Made by a program: the position numbers and the translations under genes | Source of the DNA: Takakia lepidozioides | Taxonomy: Eukaryota > Plantae > Bryophyta | Direction of reading: 5' to 3' | Assembly (NCBI GenBank): GCA_030704615.1 | Contig: CM060732.1 | Span: forward strand, 1,054,001-1,118,000 | Length of the DNA: 64,000 nt | The notes under the pieces: generated by a model | Database searches by the model: none | What the model was told of the DNA's origin: nothing | The model's input: the letters and a program-made list of their open reading frames with translations, nothing else | Shown here: positions 13,850-25,874 of the stretch, piece after piece | How the letters are laid out: every line of letters begins with the position of its first letter | Position numbering within the stretch: position 1 is the first letter of the stretch

Positions 13850-16800
13850 TTGACGAGCGTGGACACGAGAAGTACGATGAGCGGCGTCGCCGCCAAACCT
13901 CGGCAAGGCCTGCAGCGCCGCCAATTTAGTGGAGGTGTTGGCAGTAGCGACAGCGGTAGCAGCGCTAAGCGAGCAAGCGGCCGCTGTGCAATAGTGGGCC
14001 CCACGCCGGTCAGGCGGCCTCGATCGGCTCGTCCCCCAGCTCGTTCAGCCCCGACACCATACGGGCAGCCAACTCCAGCCCTCACCACAACCCCTTTGCT
14101 GCCTACTCCACCATCCTTGGCAGTTCGCTCCCCAGAGCAACGAGAGGTGCTGAACACAGCCGCAACTGCTCCTACTGGAAGACTTGCTCCTCTTGGAAGA
14201 CCCCAATGCCAACGTACCCCTACCCCTAGCTCACATGTTCCTGATGCGCACCAGAGTCCAAGCTCCAGACACCAAGTTCAAGAAGAGTCGTCATCTTCAC
14301 AACGGTCTTCTCCACCGCTGATTCCAGGTTCTTCCATTGGCGCCCCACCGATCGAAGAAGTCCCACAGTGTCTGTTGAGCCCTCCCCCGCTGCACCTCTC
14401 AGGTAGGGTTCGAGGTCCCACGCCAGTCACTTCTCCTCCAGGTTCTCCATCCCATTCTCGGCAGCGGCTTCAAGGCAGCCCAACTCCTCTTGGTCATGAG
14501 CCTCTCCACGTGCCTTCTTCTCCAATTGTGCAGCCTGCATTGCCAACCCCATCAGTCTTACCCCAACAGCAGGCGCCTCTCCCATCAGACCGTACCCCAT
14601 GCCCAGCTTGCGGTCGTCTTTTTGCGCGCATCAGAGGGCTTGCGCAACACTAGCGCACGTGTGCGGCTCTTCATCAGTCCCACACAAATGGTACTTCTCC
14701 ATTTCAGCCCAGTGTCTTGCACGCGCCACCTCCTGCTCTGCTTGGCATTGGCTTTCAGCGCTAGATGTTCTGGGCGCATTTCAGCTAGGACTACCAAGGC
14801 CTCGTCTTTATACAAGAATTCCGGTGGCACTACGTCATGAGGTCCAACTGGCACTCCGTCTACCCTTAGACAGGCTGGCTCGTGATCCTGATGATATACT
14901 AGCATGGTATCTTTTCTTGTTATTTCCTCAGTGGTGTTTGGTTTTGCCCCCTCGTGGCGGTCAGTCAGGGCACAGAGAGACGCGCATCCGTCTTTGCCGT
15001 TTTTTATCTGGAAATTGGGAGAGTCTGCAAGATGAGCATCAATTACGGGCACTAGCCCTTGCGGCACGTGCCCCTCCCGCTTCCTCCATGCAACCACCCT
15101 CATCGGCCCACAGGCGACTTCGTCATAGTCTCATGTTAGGCCGCGTTGGCGAGTACTCACGTGCGGCCAAGGCTTTAGCACCTTCCTCACCAGCGCCTCC
15201 ATCACCAGATACTGTCACTGCCCTCGAAGCCCTTCACCCATCAGCTCAGGATATTCTGCCGCTTTTTGTTGAGGACTTCGAGCCAGACCAGGATCTCAAG
15301 CTAGATCGGGAGGTCTTCACTCAGGCCTTCACGCGCAGTCCCCATCTTGCAGCGGCAGGTCCTTCTGGTCTCCTGTATGAGCACTAACGCGACTGTTTCT
15401 CTCCACAGGACTCTGCTAATGGCTTCTCTCAGCTATTTCAGATTTTCTCCTTTATTGCTGCTGGCCGTATCCCTGCCTCAGTGGCCAGTCTCCTTGGGGC
15501 CTCCAGATTGTTGGCTATGAGCAAACCCTCAGGTACTGGCATCCGCCCTATCGCAGTTGGAGAGGTTCTTTACTGCCTTGTCAGCCGCTCACTTTGTCTT
15601 CAGTTTCGATATGCCTTCTCCGGACACCTCTTTCCGCACCAGTTCGGGGTCGCCACTCCAGGCGGTTGCGAGGCGGTGGTCCAGGGGATTCGTACAACTC
15701 TTGATCTTCATCCGGATTGGGTGGTTCTCCAGGTCGACGTCACCAACGCTTTCAATACTGTGTCACGAGCGGCTATCTTTCAGGAGCTTCGTTCAGCCGG
15801 AGGAGATTTCCACCAGCTCATTCCGTTTGTTCGATTATTCTATGCATCCACCACTCCCATATACTACAGTCATCATTCTCGCCTAGGTGAGTGCTCCATC
15901 ATTCAGTCCGAGGTTGGGACCCGCCAAGGCAACCCTTTAGGAGGACCTTTGTTTGCCATGGCTCATGTCCGCGCCCTCGCGGCTTCTGCACAAGTTCACT
16001 CATCTTGTTTTTTTCCGTCGGTGGCAAACGACACGCACATTGTAGGCCCTGCCTCACAGGTACTTTCAGCTTACTATCATTTTGTCACCCAACTCTCTGT
16101 CGTGGGCCTTTCAGTGCAACCTCGCAAATGTGCGGTGTGGTCTCTGTCCGGTCTCCCTGCAGATTTTGTCCTCCCTGCTCACTTCATTGCTCCGCCCAAT
16201 GGCATCAGAATCCTGGGAGTCCCTTTTGGCACCACCCAATTCACAACGTCCTTCTTGGAAGATTCATTCCACCAGGATGCGACCCACGCCGATCTCCTTC
16301 CTAGGCTCGGAGATGTACAGGTAGCATATGGAATCTTGACCAAATGTTTCCTTCAACGTCCCTCATATCTCTTGCGCACTGTTCCACCCAGCCCAGATTT
16401 TCTACACCTCTTATCTGGGTTTGATACTACCATGATGACTATCTTCGGGAGATTGTTAGGACCAAGAGCTCTGGAGGGTGCTCAGGGACTTTTGCCACGA
16501 CAGCAAACCACCTTGCCCGTCTCTTCCGGTGGTGTGGGTCTTTTGTCCACTGTCACTACCGCCCCGTCAGCTTTCCTCGGCAGTTGGGCATTGGTGGCGC
16601 CAGCCCTCGCTTCACGATTTCTCTGTGACCATCGTCCCATCCTTATGGACGCCGTTGCACATGTCGACACTGGCATTTTACCCTTCCAGCAGCATCTCAG
16701 CTCTGCACGAGATCTTCTTCCGGCACCGGCGCGAGCATGTCTACCACCATTTGAGCAGTTGGTTGCTCAAGGCCTCGACCATCTTCAGGAGTCCATTTCC

Positions 16801-17870
16801 GAGCGCGTGCACCGTCATTCCTTTTCCGGCATGCTCTCAAGTGCTTCTTCTGAGTTGCATCGAGCCCAACTTCTATCATGCGCAGGACCCAGAGCAGGGG
16901 CATGGTTGACAGCACGACCCACTATCGCACATTTTCGCCTCTCATCCCCTATTTTCACTACTGCGCTCCGCCTTCGACTCGGTTTGCCTCATCCTTCGGC
17001 ATTGGGCCTTCAGCGCTGCGTCTGTCTTCAGCCCATTGATGACCTTGCCATCCATCTCCTCCGATGTCCATGTGGTGGTGAGCGCACTGCGTCTCATGAT
17101 ATGGTTTGCGATGTGGTGGCATCTATTGCTCGGGAGGCAGGGTATCATGTATTGCGTGAGCAACCACATCTACGACCCACGCTCACGTCCCACTCTACAC
17201 GCCGCCGTGTTGACATCGTCATATCTAGAGATGGTTTGCGTACCTTAGCAGATGTCGTTCTCGCCGACCCCACTCGAGCGGATCTGCTATCTCGCGCAGC
17301 TACCACACCAGGCACGGCAGCCACTGTAGCAGCCCAAGCCAAGGAGCGCAACTACAGCGATCATCACCCCACCGACACATTTCTTCCACTGGCGGTCGAA
17401 ATATTTGGCTCATTGCACCGACACTTCGACGATTTCCTGTGGACATATGCACATCATGCAGCCAAGAGCGGGTCCACTGGCATCCCACATGCCTCCGTCC
17501 TTGTCGCCTACAATCGACAACGTGTTTCAGTTGCTTTGCAGAGAGCACAAGCCATCTCTATTTTGCATCGGGCTGATGTGGCTAGCTCCGCGTCATCTCG
17601 TCTTCCGCCTCTGCCTGACACTTTGCCTATCTCCTTGCCTGATCTCCTCCAGGCTGTTGGCTGGGAGGGTCGCTCTGCTTGAGTAGTTTATTGTAGCTTA
17701 TGTTTTCGTCGCTGGTTGAGTAGCTTAGTATAGCTTTTGTTTTTTTCTCTAGCTGAGTAGCTTACTATAGCTTTTTGTTTTCTTCTCTTGTTTCTTGTTC
17801 ATCCCCCCACCTTTTTGGGAACTTCACATCATATGCACGTTCACCCATTGTACATGTTGTAAATAAAGTC
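13850..17870 (+). mobile_element. Non-LTR retrotransposon with RT and C-terminal restriction-like endonuclease (CRE-like), degenerate
   Basis: One long ORF broken by stops at 14651 and 15385 and a frameshift near 14735. It has a Pro/Ser-rich N-terminus, a zinc finger CPACGRLF...LAQH, RT and RLE domains. The 3' UTR has GAGTAGCTTA repeats and AATAAA near 17862. No APE domain was seen. Ends are approximate; no TSD found. Confidence 0.85.
15481..17682 (+). CDS. Reverse transcriptase + zinc knuckle + RLE endonuclease (C-terminal part of the retroelement ORF)
   Basis: RT motifs GIRPIAVGE, QFGV, DVTNAFN, GTRQGNPLG and SVANDTHIVG (YADD position carries D>N), followed by C-C-H-C (CVC...HLLRC), RTASHD, RRVDIV, ADV, K..Y and PLAVEIFG, typical of RLE-clade elements. 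Confidence 0.88.
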   Translation: MASLLGASRLLAMSKPSGTGIRPIAVGEVLYCLVSRSLCLQFRYAFSGHLFPHQFGVATPGGCEAVVQGIRTTLDLHPDWVVLQVDVTNAFNTVSRAAIFQELRSAGGDFHQLIPFVRLFYASTTPIYYSHHSRLGECSIIQSEVGTRQGNPLGGPLFAMAHVRALAASAQVHSSCFFPSVANDTHIVGPASQVLSAYYHFVTQLSVVGLSVQPRKCAVWSLSGLPADFVLPAHFIAPPNGIRILGVPFGTTQFTTSFLEDSFHQDATHADLLPRLGDVQVAYGILTKCFLQRPSYLLRTVPPSPDFLHLLSGFDTTMMTIFGRLLGPRALEGAQGLLPRQQTTLPVSSGGVGLLSTVTTAPSAFLGSWALVAPALASRFLCDHRPILMDAVAHVDTGILPFQQHLSSARDLLPAPARACLPPFEQLVAQGLDHLQESISERVHRHSFSGMLSSASSELHRAQLLSCAGPRAGAWLTARPTIAHFRLSSPIFTTALRLRLGLPHPSALGLQRCVCLQPIDDLAIHLLRCPCGGERTASHDMVCDVVASIAREAGYHVLREQPHLRPTLTSHSTRRRVDIVISRDGLRTLADVVLADPTRADLLSRAATTPGTAATVAAQAKERNYSDHHPTDTFLPLAVEIFGSLHRHFDDFLWTYAHHAAKSGSTGIPHASVLVAYNRQRVSVALQRAQAISILHRADVASSASSRLPPLPDTLPISLPDLLQAVGWEGRSA

Positions 17871-19397
17871 TTACATGGTTTCATCATCCCAGGACGATCC
17901 GTGTTAAGTTATTATTGGAAGACAATAGAATACCTAATGTCTATACGTCTATACGGCGGATCTTTGACTTGCCACTTGCGCACTTCCGAAGTGAGGACCT
18001 GAAAATTACCTACCATTTGTAACTTACTATGTGTGTAGCGAGCTCTTGCATTTCCCAATTGCTTGGGCTTGGGTTTGTTCTCCTTTTCATCTCCGGAAGA
18101 TGGAAGGATTTGCCAGGTACCATGCTGGAACTGAAATTGTTTCTCAAAACCAATGGCACTGCTCCAAGAGTATAGGTGCTTATCCACACGACATTTTGTA
18201 GGATATTAGAGTACTAATATTTGTGCAAAGGTCAATGGGAGTTATAAGTAACCGTTTTGAGTGCTTTTTCAGGAGATGATGCTCGGTGGGGGTGGCAAGG
18301 GGTTCCAATTTCTCTCCAAACTGGTGTGAAGATGGAGGGTTGGCTGCCTCATCAGGCTCCAGACGAAAACTCGCAATGTCTCTCTGATTCTTATGCCAGG
18401 AGCTCCCGAGCTTTTCCATATGCACGCATGAAAGTACTGAGCCTGGTCTTTGGGAAGTTTGGTGAGAAACAACCTTCCCAATGCTCTCTGTCTTTGATTG
18501 ATGTCCTGACGGTTAATTGTTAGATTCTCTCCATTCCTCGCTTCCTGTCCTCTTGCATACCTTTGTTAAATAGCCTAGACTTCAGTATTTTGAAGTCATA
18601 ATCTCCTGTTCAACAAGATGGCTCACCAAGATGTGATCTCACGGAATGCTATGCGCTTAATGTGAAGCGGATGGTAAAGGGTTACATTGCAGCAGGCTTT
18701 GCAGAGATACATGCTTCAGTTGGGAAGGACACAACAATCAATGCAATTTAGGTGTTATATTCATTGAGGATGCAATGAGGTTTTGTTCCTTCGGGCAGTA
18801 GGTGGGATTGAAGCAGTTCGTATAGAAAGTCAATACCCATGTACCAACCCGTTGTCTCCTCTATATTGTGGACGTGAACGTCAGACAGACATCTGATTCA
18901 CATCGTTAATTCGCATATGATGTCGAAGAATGATAAATTGTTGTGACTGGTCATTCTTCCTTTGTGCCACAGGTCTTCTAGGTACTTTGGAGTGGGCCTA
19001 ATGACTAGTCCCTGCAGCAATATCTGGTTGAATGATGTGATTATCACCACAAGATCTTTAACCAGGCCACTTTCCTGGTTCATCATATTGTTGTGAACTG
19101 TGGCTAACCACCACTCAGGGTTAAGCTAATCCAAGATCTTTCAACCGGGACACAGTGAGCCCGTGTGTTCTGATCAATTATAGTGGCAGATCACATTCTT
19201 CGTGGCCTCAAGGCTTGAGAGATAGCTTCAAAGTTTTTTCCAGGCAAGTGGAAGTTTACTAGGACAGGGATATGACTAGGTATAGCTCACTTCTGAAAGG
19301 GGCTAGCTCCCGCAAGGGGAAGAGCCTCTCCATTACGCTGGCTTCAGTTAGCATCATCTCCTTCTCTCAGCTAAGTACAAGATGCATTTTTTTGCAG

Positions 19398-19465
19398 GCA
19401 ATAACTCTTTGTCCAGATGTGCCGGTGTTATGGACCAATCGCGCACTTTGTCATCGTAAGCGCAA
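19398..19465 (+). CDS. CHIP: Single exon of a CHIP/STUB1-like TPR-U-box E3 ligase
   Basis: TTTTGCAG acceptor and GT donor flank 68 bp encoding AITLCPDVPVLWTNRALCHRKR, matching the plant CHIP TPR segment (AIxLxPxVxxYWTNRALCHxKR). No other exons were recognised in the window. Confidence 0.72.
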
Positions 19466-20508
19466 GTCAGCTCTATACCCTTGTTCTTTCTGTCCTCTCT
19501 CCTCCATGACTCTTTGTCCATGGATGGTTAAAACTAGTCTTCAGTGTAGACAGTTGGTGTTACTTTCTAGGTTCCTTCAATAAGTTAGGGTTTGAAAAGT
19601 GAAGTGAATAATTTGCTACAGTAACCAGTTCCAATCAAGTTGTCTTGAATTTTTTTTTACCAGATAGCCTTGGTTAAATTTAGAGTATAAAAAATTGAGC
19701 TGTTAGTGCTAACAAGAAGCATGGGTGAAAGCATGTGGGAAAGGACCAACCAATGTGTAGAGTCATGGCTTGACCTTGAGATTCTTGACTAGATTTTTAT
19801 TAGAGCCTGCAAGAACCAGGTTTCCATGTACGAAGTACCTTGAGAAAGGGTTTACTAGGTCAGCACCTGGACAAACATCAACTTATGGCCTGTTTGCCTT
19901 TGGCTTCATCGTTGAAAGTGGACTCTCATTTCTAATTTATTTTTATAAGATCATTTAGGCATCGAGTGCTGATTGTATTAGAGCATCTAATGCTGGCAAA
20001 TAGTTACTTCAGCTTTTATTCAAAGGTTCTAAGCTCCTTAAGTACTATGCGGCTTAAATTCATAGTTTTACCGGCTCTCTCGATACCGCCATCCCTAGCA
20101 TGCATACTCTGGGTGCATTTACGTGTTCCTCTCCGTTCACTCACTAATGCAATAAGTTGGTGCTAAAAGTGTGAGCAGCGAGCCTGTCTCTTCATAAGTC
20201 AAGATCCCTCTTTATATCTCCAGAACGACACCCCACATGACGCTCAATCCTCCTATCACTAAAGGTGAAACCAAGTTTGCATATGTATTACTACACCACT
20301 GAAGTACAACACTAATCTCCTTCCTGATCTCTGCTATCAACGTCCATCATCACCAAACTGCCCTGCCTCGGGCATCCTCTCTCGTCTACCATCTCGTTCA
20401 TAATGATTGCTTGTCTTTCCTTCTGTTCACTTGCCTTGTACTTTTTCCCAAAACTCCTAGATTAGCCCCTTAACCATTCTATGTTGATCACCGCTCAACT
20501 GATTATTC

Positions 20509-22378
20509 TTAGGGTTCTGGTATTTTTTTTCCGCCACCCCCTGTGGTCGGAAATGCGGCGCCGCAATTCCATCCAACGGGTAGAGCTAGAAAAAACAAGG
20601 AAAAAAACTTTTTTGGATTTTTTTTTCTACCACCTATAGGCCGAAATGCGGCGCCGCATTTCAATCCAACGGCGATGAGAAGAGAAAAATAAATAAAATT
20701 TACGGTTTTTTTTTTTCCCCCTCGACCCCCTGTTGTTGGACTGCGGCACCACATTTCGATCTTGCGGGGATGACTAGAGAGGGCAAAAAATAAAACAAAA
20801 AAACAAACTCAAATTTTATTTTATTTTTTTTGCTTTTCAACCCCTATGGACTCAAATGCGGCGCCGAAATGCGGCGATGACAAGAGGAAAAAAAAGGTTA
20901 TGGTTATTTTTTTTCCTCTCTATACCCCCTGTTGTTGGAAATGCGGCGCCACATTTCCACCAGCAGGGATGACTAAAGAACAACCAAAAATTTAAAAAAA
21001 AAAAAAAAAACCAACAATTCTTCTTTTTTCTTTCCCCCCACCGTATGGACGGAAATGCGGCGCCGCATTTCAATCCAGCGGCGATGACAAGAGGAAAAAA
21101 AAGGTTAGGTTTTTTTTTTCCCCCTATCACCCCCTGTTGTTGGAAATGCTGCGCCGCATTTCCATCCAGCGGGGATGACTAGACGACACACAAAAAAAAA
21201 AAAAAAAAAAAAAAAAACTTTTTTTTTTTCCCCACCCCTGGAAAATGCGGCGCCGCATTTCAATCCAGCGGCATGATGACAAGAAAAAATGGTTAGGGTT
21301 TCCCCTCTCGTTCGTTGGAAATCTGCGGCGCCCATCCGTGACTCAGGGGGGTGCGGGGGGGCGAAAAAAAAAAAAAAAAAAAAAAAAAAACTTTTTTGGT
21401 CCCCACCCCTATGGACGGAAATGCGGCGCCGCATTTCAATTCAGCGGCAATGACAGGAAAAAATAAAGTTAGGGTTGTTTTTTTTTCCCCCCCTCTACTC
21501 TCTGTTGTTGGAAATGCGACGCCACATTTCCGTCTAGTGGGGATGACAAGAGAAAAAAAAAAAAAAAAAACAGAAACTCAGAATTTTTTATTTCTTGTTT
21601 TCACCCCCTTTTGATGGAAATGCGGCACCGCATTTCAATCCAGCGGCGATGACTAGAGGAAAAACAATCAGGGGTTATTTCCCCCCTCCCCCCTTGTGGT
21701 TGAAAATGCGGCACCGCAATTCCCATCCAGCGGGGTGACTAGAGGGGAAAAAAAAAAAAAAAAAAACCGTCAAACGACTTTCAAAGAGCGCAGTCGAGAC
21801 GGAAATGTGGCACCGCATTTCCGTCCCGACTCGCATCCCCCCTTGCACGATGCTCATCATTTGGGGAAAAGAGGTGGGCGGGATGAACCTAGCGACGGAA
21901 ATGCGGTGCCGCATTTTCGTCCGGACTGACACCTGCCGATCACTTTATACCTGGTGGGACGGAAATGCGGCACCGCATTTCCGTCCGGGTTGCCACTGGA
22001 CCATGCGTTCCTACCATTGTGGATGAAAATGCGGTACCGCATTTCCGTCCTAACTGACACCTAAGCATCCTTGATACATGGTGGGATGATAATCCAGTGC
22101 CGCATTTCCGTCCGGGCTCCCATTCCACCATGCATTTTTAACAGTCTGGACGGAAATGCGTTGCCGCATTTTCGTCCGGACTGACACCTAAGCATCCCTT
22201 AACACCTGGTGGGACGGAAATGCGGCGCCGCATTTCCGTCCGGGGTCCTTCTAGACCATGCATTTCTACCATTGTGGATGGAAATGCGGTGCCGCATTTC
22301 CGTCCTAACTGACACCTAAGTATCCTTGATACATGGTGGGATGATAATCCGGTGCCGCATTTCTGTCCGGGCTCCCAT
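20509..22378. repeat. Palindrome array C (GGAAATGCGGCGCCGCATTTCC units); probable remnant of a third MULE-like family
   Basis: More than 20 copies, including the perfect 30-bp palindrome GGACGGAAATGCGGCGCCGCATTTCCGTCC at 22212-22241. Spacers are poly-A/T on the left, with 63-64-bp periodic units at 21905-22351. Confidence 0.9.
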
Positions 22379-23983
22379 CCAGAACGAACAGGCTGCCTTG
22401 CGATGTCCTGGCTGATTACAATAGTAACACAGTTCTTCACCATTGGGTCCTCGCCCTTGGTCTGCTCTTGGATTATTTCTGTAATCCTGATTCCCTGGCT
22501 GGTAATTCCCCCTTGGATTACCCTGATAGTTGCCTCTGGAATTTCCTTGGTAATTCCCTCTTGAATTACCCCTCCCTTCCATGCCATTGCTATAACTACC
22601 AGGCCTACCATAGTGGTCCTGATCATTGTTTCTTCTTGGCTGGGGTTGCACTTGATGCACCCTTACTTGCCTAGGTTCTCTTGCAGCTGTCCTTCTGTTG
22701 TAGTAACAATTCTCAGTAGAATGGTTATCCATCTTACAGATAGTACAGTGTTTCTCCTTCATGTGGCATTCAGTGGTGGTATGGCCTTCATTCTGGCACT
22801 TTGCACACCAAACACCCTTCCTCCAATGTGTTGCAGCCTCTGTGGCATACTTCTTCAAGATTTCTTCTAATCTTTTCTCATAGTTATCCCTCTTCAACTT
22901 CTCATTTCTCTTACTCTTCCTTTTCAGTTCTTGCTCTTCTTCTTCATCTGACTCATCCTCAGAGTCCTCATCATCCCTTTTCTCTCTCCTGAGCATTCCC
23001 AATTGCTCAATTCTGTTTGCAGTTCCAAATGCCTCCTCCACTGTATTATGGGGTAACATATCCACTTTCTTCTGCAACTCTGGTCTTAGTCCACTCACAA
23101 ACCAAGTCTTCTGTAAACCTGGTGCTGGTACAGCAGCCAGCTTTTTCATCATCAATTCCATCTTTTCCATATACTCCTCAACAGTTTCATGCTTCTTTTG
23201 TTTTAACTATTGTAAACTTCCATACACTTCATCCTCAGTTTTACTTGTCCTGAACCTATTTCGGAATGCTGTATTCAAGCCATTCCAGGTTAGGAAATGA
23301 TTATCAGGGAATCTTGCATACCATTCACTTGCTTTCTTGATAAGTGAACAAGGAAACAATCTCATCTTGGCATCATCGCCATTCTCATTGTTCACTATAC
23401 ACATGTGCTCAAATTGGCTAATGTGTATATCGGGATCCCCTTTTCCTGAATATATTGGAAAAGGTGGTTTTGCCCGTGTTGGTTGTAACGCCATTTGTGG
23501 CCCTTCCTTCTGCCCACTGACAGGTGCTGGCACCCTTGCTGGTGTTGGTCCTTGAGGACCTGTTGTAGTTGTGGTGGATCTTCCACCAAGTGGTGGCCCC
23601 TGAGCACTCCTTGCTACTGGCCCCACGATATTCACAATATTCCCAGCTCCAGTTGCACTACTTCCCACACTCCTTGTCCCCCCAGAGCCAGATCCAGGCA
23701 ACCCGCCTGATCCCCCTGAGCTGATACCTTCGTTGGCCTGTGATCCAAGTGCTCCACTTGATCTAGGTCCAACGGGTTGGGATGTCATGGTTGTAGTCTC
23801 AACCTCAGCTGTTGGGTCTACTTCTTCATACTCTTCCTCTTCCAATTTCTTCTCTCTGTTTTCATCCTCCAAGTTCTGCCCTTGGGTTTCTTCTTCACTC
23901 ATGTAACTCAACTGCAATGGTGTTGGAGAGTCTGAACTCTCCGTTGGCTCTGCCAAATCCTCTCCTCCTTCTTCACCTTCCAC
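22379..23983 (-). CDS. gag: Retrotransposon Gag (frameshift near 23200) with three zinc knuckles
   Basis: FPIYSGKGDPDIHISQFE...KMRLFPCSLIKKASEWY capsid motif, WFVSGLRPEL, and CCHC knuckles CAKCQNEGHTTTEC, CTICKMDNHSTENC and CYYCNQPGHRKAAC. Confidence 0.88.
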
Positions 23984-24345
23984 TTCAGAAACTAGAGTTC
24001 CTGCTTTTGGTGTTCCATGCCAACTCTTATCAAAGATTTATGTCAAATCTTTTATCCAGGGATGTACCTCAGATCTTTCACCTCGTGATTGATCTTCTTC
24101 CCGTACCAATTCCCTTAATCTTTCTTGCAAAGAAAAAGAAGGAGTGGCATCCAACTCTAGTTCTTCCGGTATGGGTGATGTACTCCCTGATCTTAATGGT
24201 GTGAGAGGTCCAGATGATTCCCCTATGTCTATTCCTCTCTCCCAAAGATATGGATAATTAGCTTTCAGATAGCTTTCTCTTTTTGCTGAATATCTCTGGA
24301 GTCTAGCTTCTCTTCATCACTCATGTCCCATGTCTTTCATTTCTT

Positions 24346-25041
24346 TTAATGTGGCAATAACCAAAACTCTCTTCTGTAATATCTCTCGTATATGCCTGGG
24401 TTTCTTTCAAGCTTCAATGCACCCTTGGCTATACTAGAAGTCTCCGTTACCATATAACCATATGGCAAACAAGTCTGGAAAGCTGTTCTTGGTGTGAGTT
24501 TGATCCACAGAATATCCTTTGGAATCCAATTCTTTACCAGTACAAGCTCTTCATGCATATGAGTATAAACATTCACCTTTCTTTCCTCCCAGCCTTCAAA
24601 CTCTACTCGCTTGATGGATAGCAATGCTATCACATAAACCACTGTTGGTAACCAACGTGCTCTTCCTCTATAGGCCACCTGATAAATCTTTATCACTCCT
24701 TTCTCCAGACCCCATTCAGGGTCAGCATCATGCACTCTTTTAAGAATGTTTTCTTTACAACCGTCTGGCAACTCCAAGAACCTCTGAAAGAATCGTTTGG
24801 ACAATCTTTCCTTCTCGGTTTCACAGGGAATTTGATTCACATCAAATTCTTTAATTCTCCATCCACCATGATCCCACCTGATGCCTGTCACATCTGGTTG
24901 TTCATGACCCAGTTCCCCAGTATGGTCACCAAATGTCGAGCGGCTTTTACTCACCCATCCCTTCGCTATCCGAGGTGGGAACTCCAAGATAGAAGAGTTG
25001 GAAATCTCTAAGCACTCAGCCCGCTCAGAACAATCAGTCAT
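24346..25041 (-). CDS. Unknown 231-aa ORF between the 5' LTR and gag
   Basis: Open ATG-initiated ORF in element sense with protein-like composition and no recognised motif. Confidence 0.5.
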   Translation of the reverse strand: MTDCSERAECLEISNSSILEFPPRIAKGWVSKSRSTFGDHTGELGHEQPDVTGIRWDHGGWRIKEFDVNQIPCETEKERLSKRFFQRFLELPDGCKENILKRVHDADPEWGLEKGVIKIYQVAYRGRARWLPTVVYVIALLSIKRVEFEGWEERKVNVYTHMHEELVLVKNWIPKDILWIKLTPRTAFQTCLPYGYMVTETSSIAKGALKLERNPGIYERYYRREFWLLPH

Positions 25042-25054
25042 GACCTACAGCTAG

Positions 25055-25874
25055 TGTAACATGGGGGTGTTTCCTATTTGTACTCCTTCTCACATTCATG
25101 TTAGCGAGTTACCTTACTATCTGCAATTAAGTATCAGTTTGCTTCAGAAATCTATCAAGTTCCATCCATTCATTCCACAACTTCACTCAGGTCTCTCTAC
25201 ACAGTGTGAGTATGAAGTATGTATCAGATTAATATCTATCAAGTATCAGGCTGAAGCCATGGTATCTCTAATCTACTTGGCATTACAATTCTACAGCTTG
25301 CATTCATCAAGTAACAACAGATCGTCACTTCTCCTACTCAGAGATGTGCTCTCCCTTCTATTTCCCCAAGCCCTGATGTCCGAAGTCCCCTCCCGTGAAG
25401 TGATGTCTCGACGTCCCCGCTCTTTGCTTTTTCTACCTACAAGCTGTTCTAACCGCTTTCCTAACTAACCGTCATCCCTGTAGTACACGTTCCTTTTTCA
25501 GATGTCGTTCCCCCATCGTCGTTCCCTGCCAATGATAACTGTTCCCCAGCTGTGCCGAGCTGTGACTGGCTGTATCAGGCTGTGGCGGGCTGTGACTGGC
25601 TGTGTCGGGCTGTGTAGGGCTGTGCGAAGGTGTGGCGGCTGTATCGGGCTGTGACTGGCTGTGTTGGGCTGTGTCGGCTGTGTTGAACTATGACGGGCTG
25701 TGGCGGGCTGTGTTGACTGTGACTGGCTGTGTTGGACTGTGACGAGCTGTGTATCTCCCCCCTAAAGCCTGTTGCTGTCACCCCTAAGGCTCCTGTTGGT
25801 CTCAGTCTGTATAAAAATTAAGGGTACCCCACAGATCCCGTAAAAGCGTCTAAGTCCCAAGCAGCCCTCTAACA
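25055..25874 (-). repeat. 5' LTR of the truncated Ty3 element
   Basis: Homologous to LTR 26523-27284 (shared CCCGTAAAAGCGTCTAAGTCCCAA...CCCTCTAACA end and GGCTGTG-rich tract). The inner end is either 25055 (TGTAAC) or 25099 (TGTTAG). Confidence 0.75.

Larger units (their letters stand above)
22379..25874 (-). mobile_element. Ty3/gypsy LTR retrotransposon, 5' half only (LTR, extra ORF, gag), truncated after the zinc knuckles
   Basis: LTR begins TGTTAGAGGG at 25874 on the minus strand. Gag lies downstream and runs abruptly into array C at about 22379. Confidence 0.85.
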
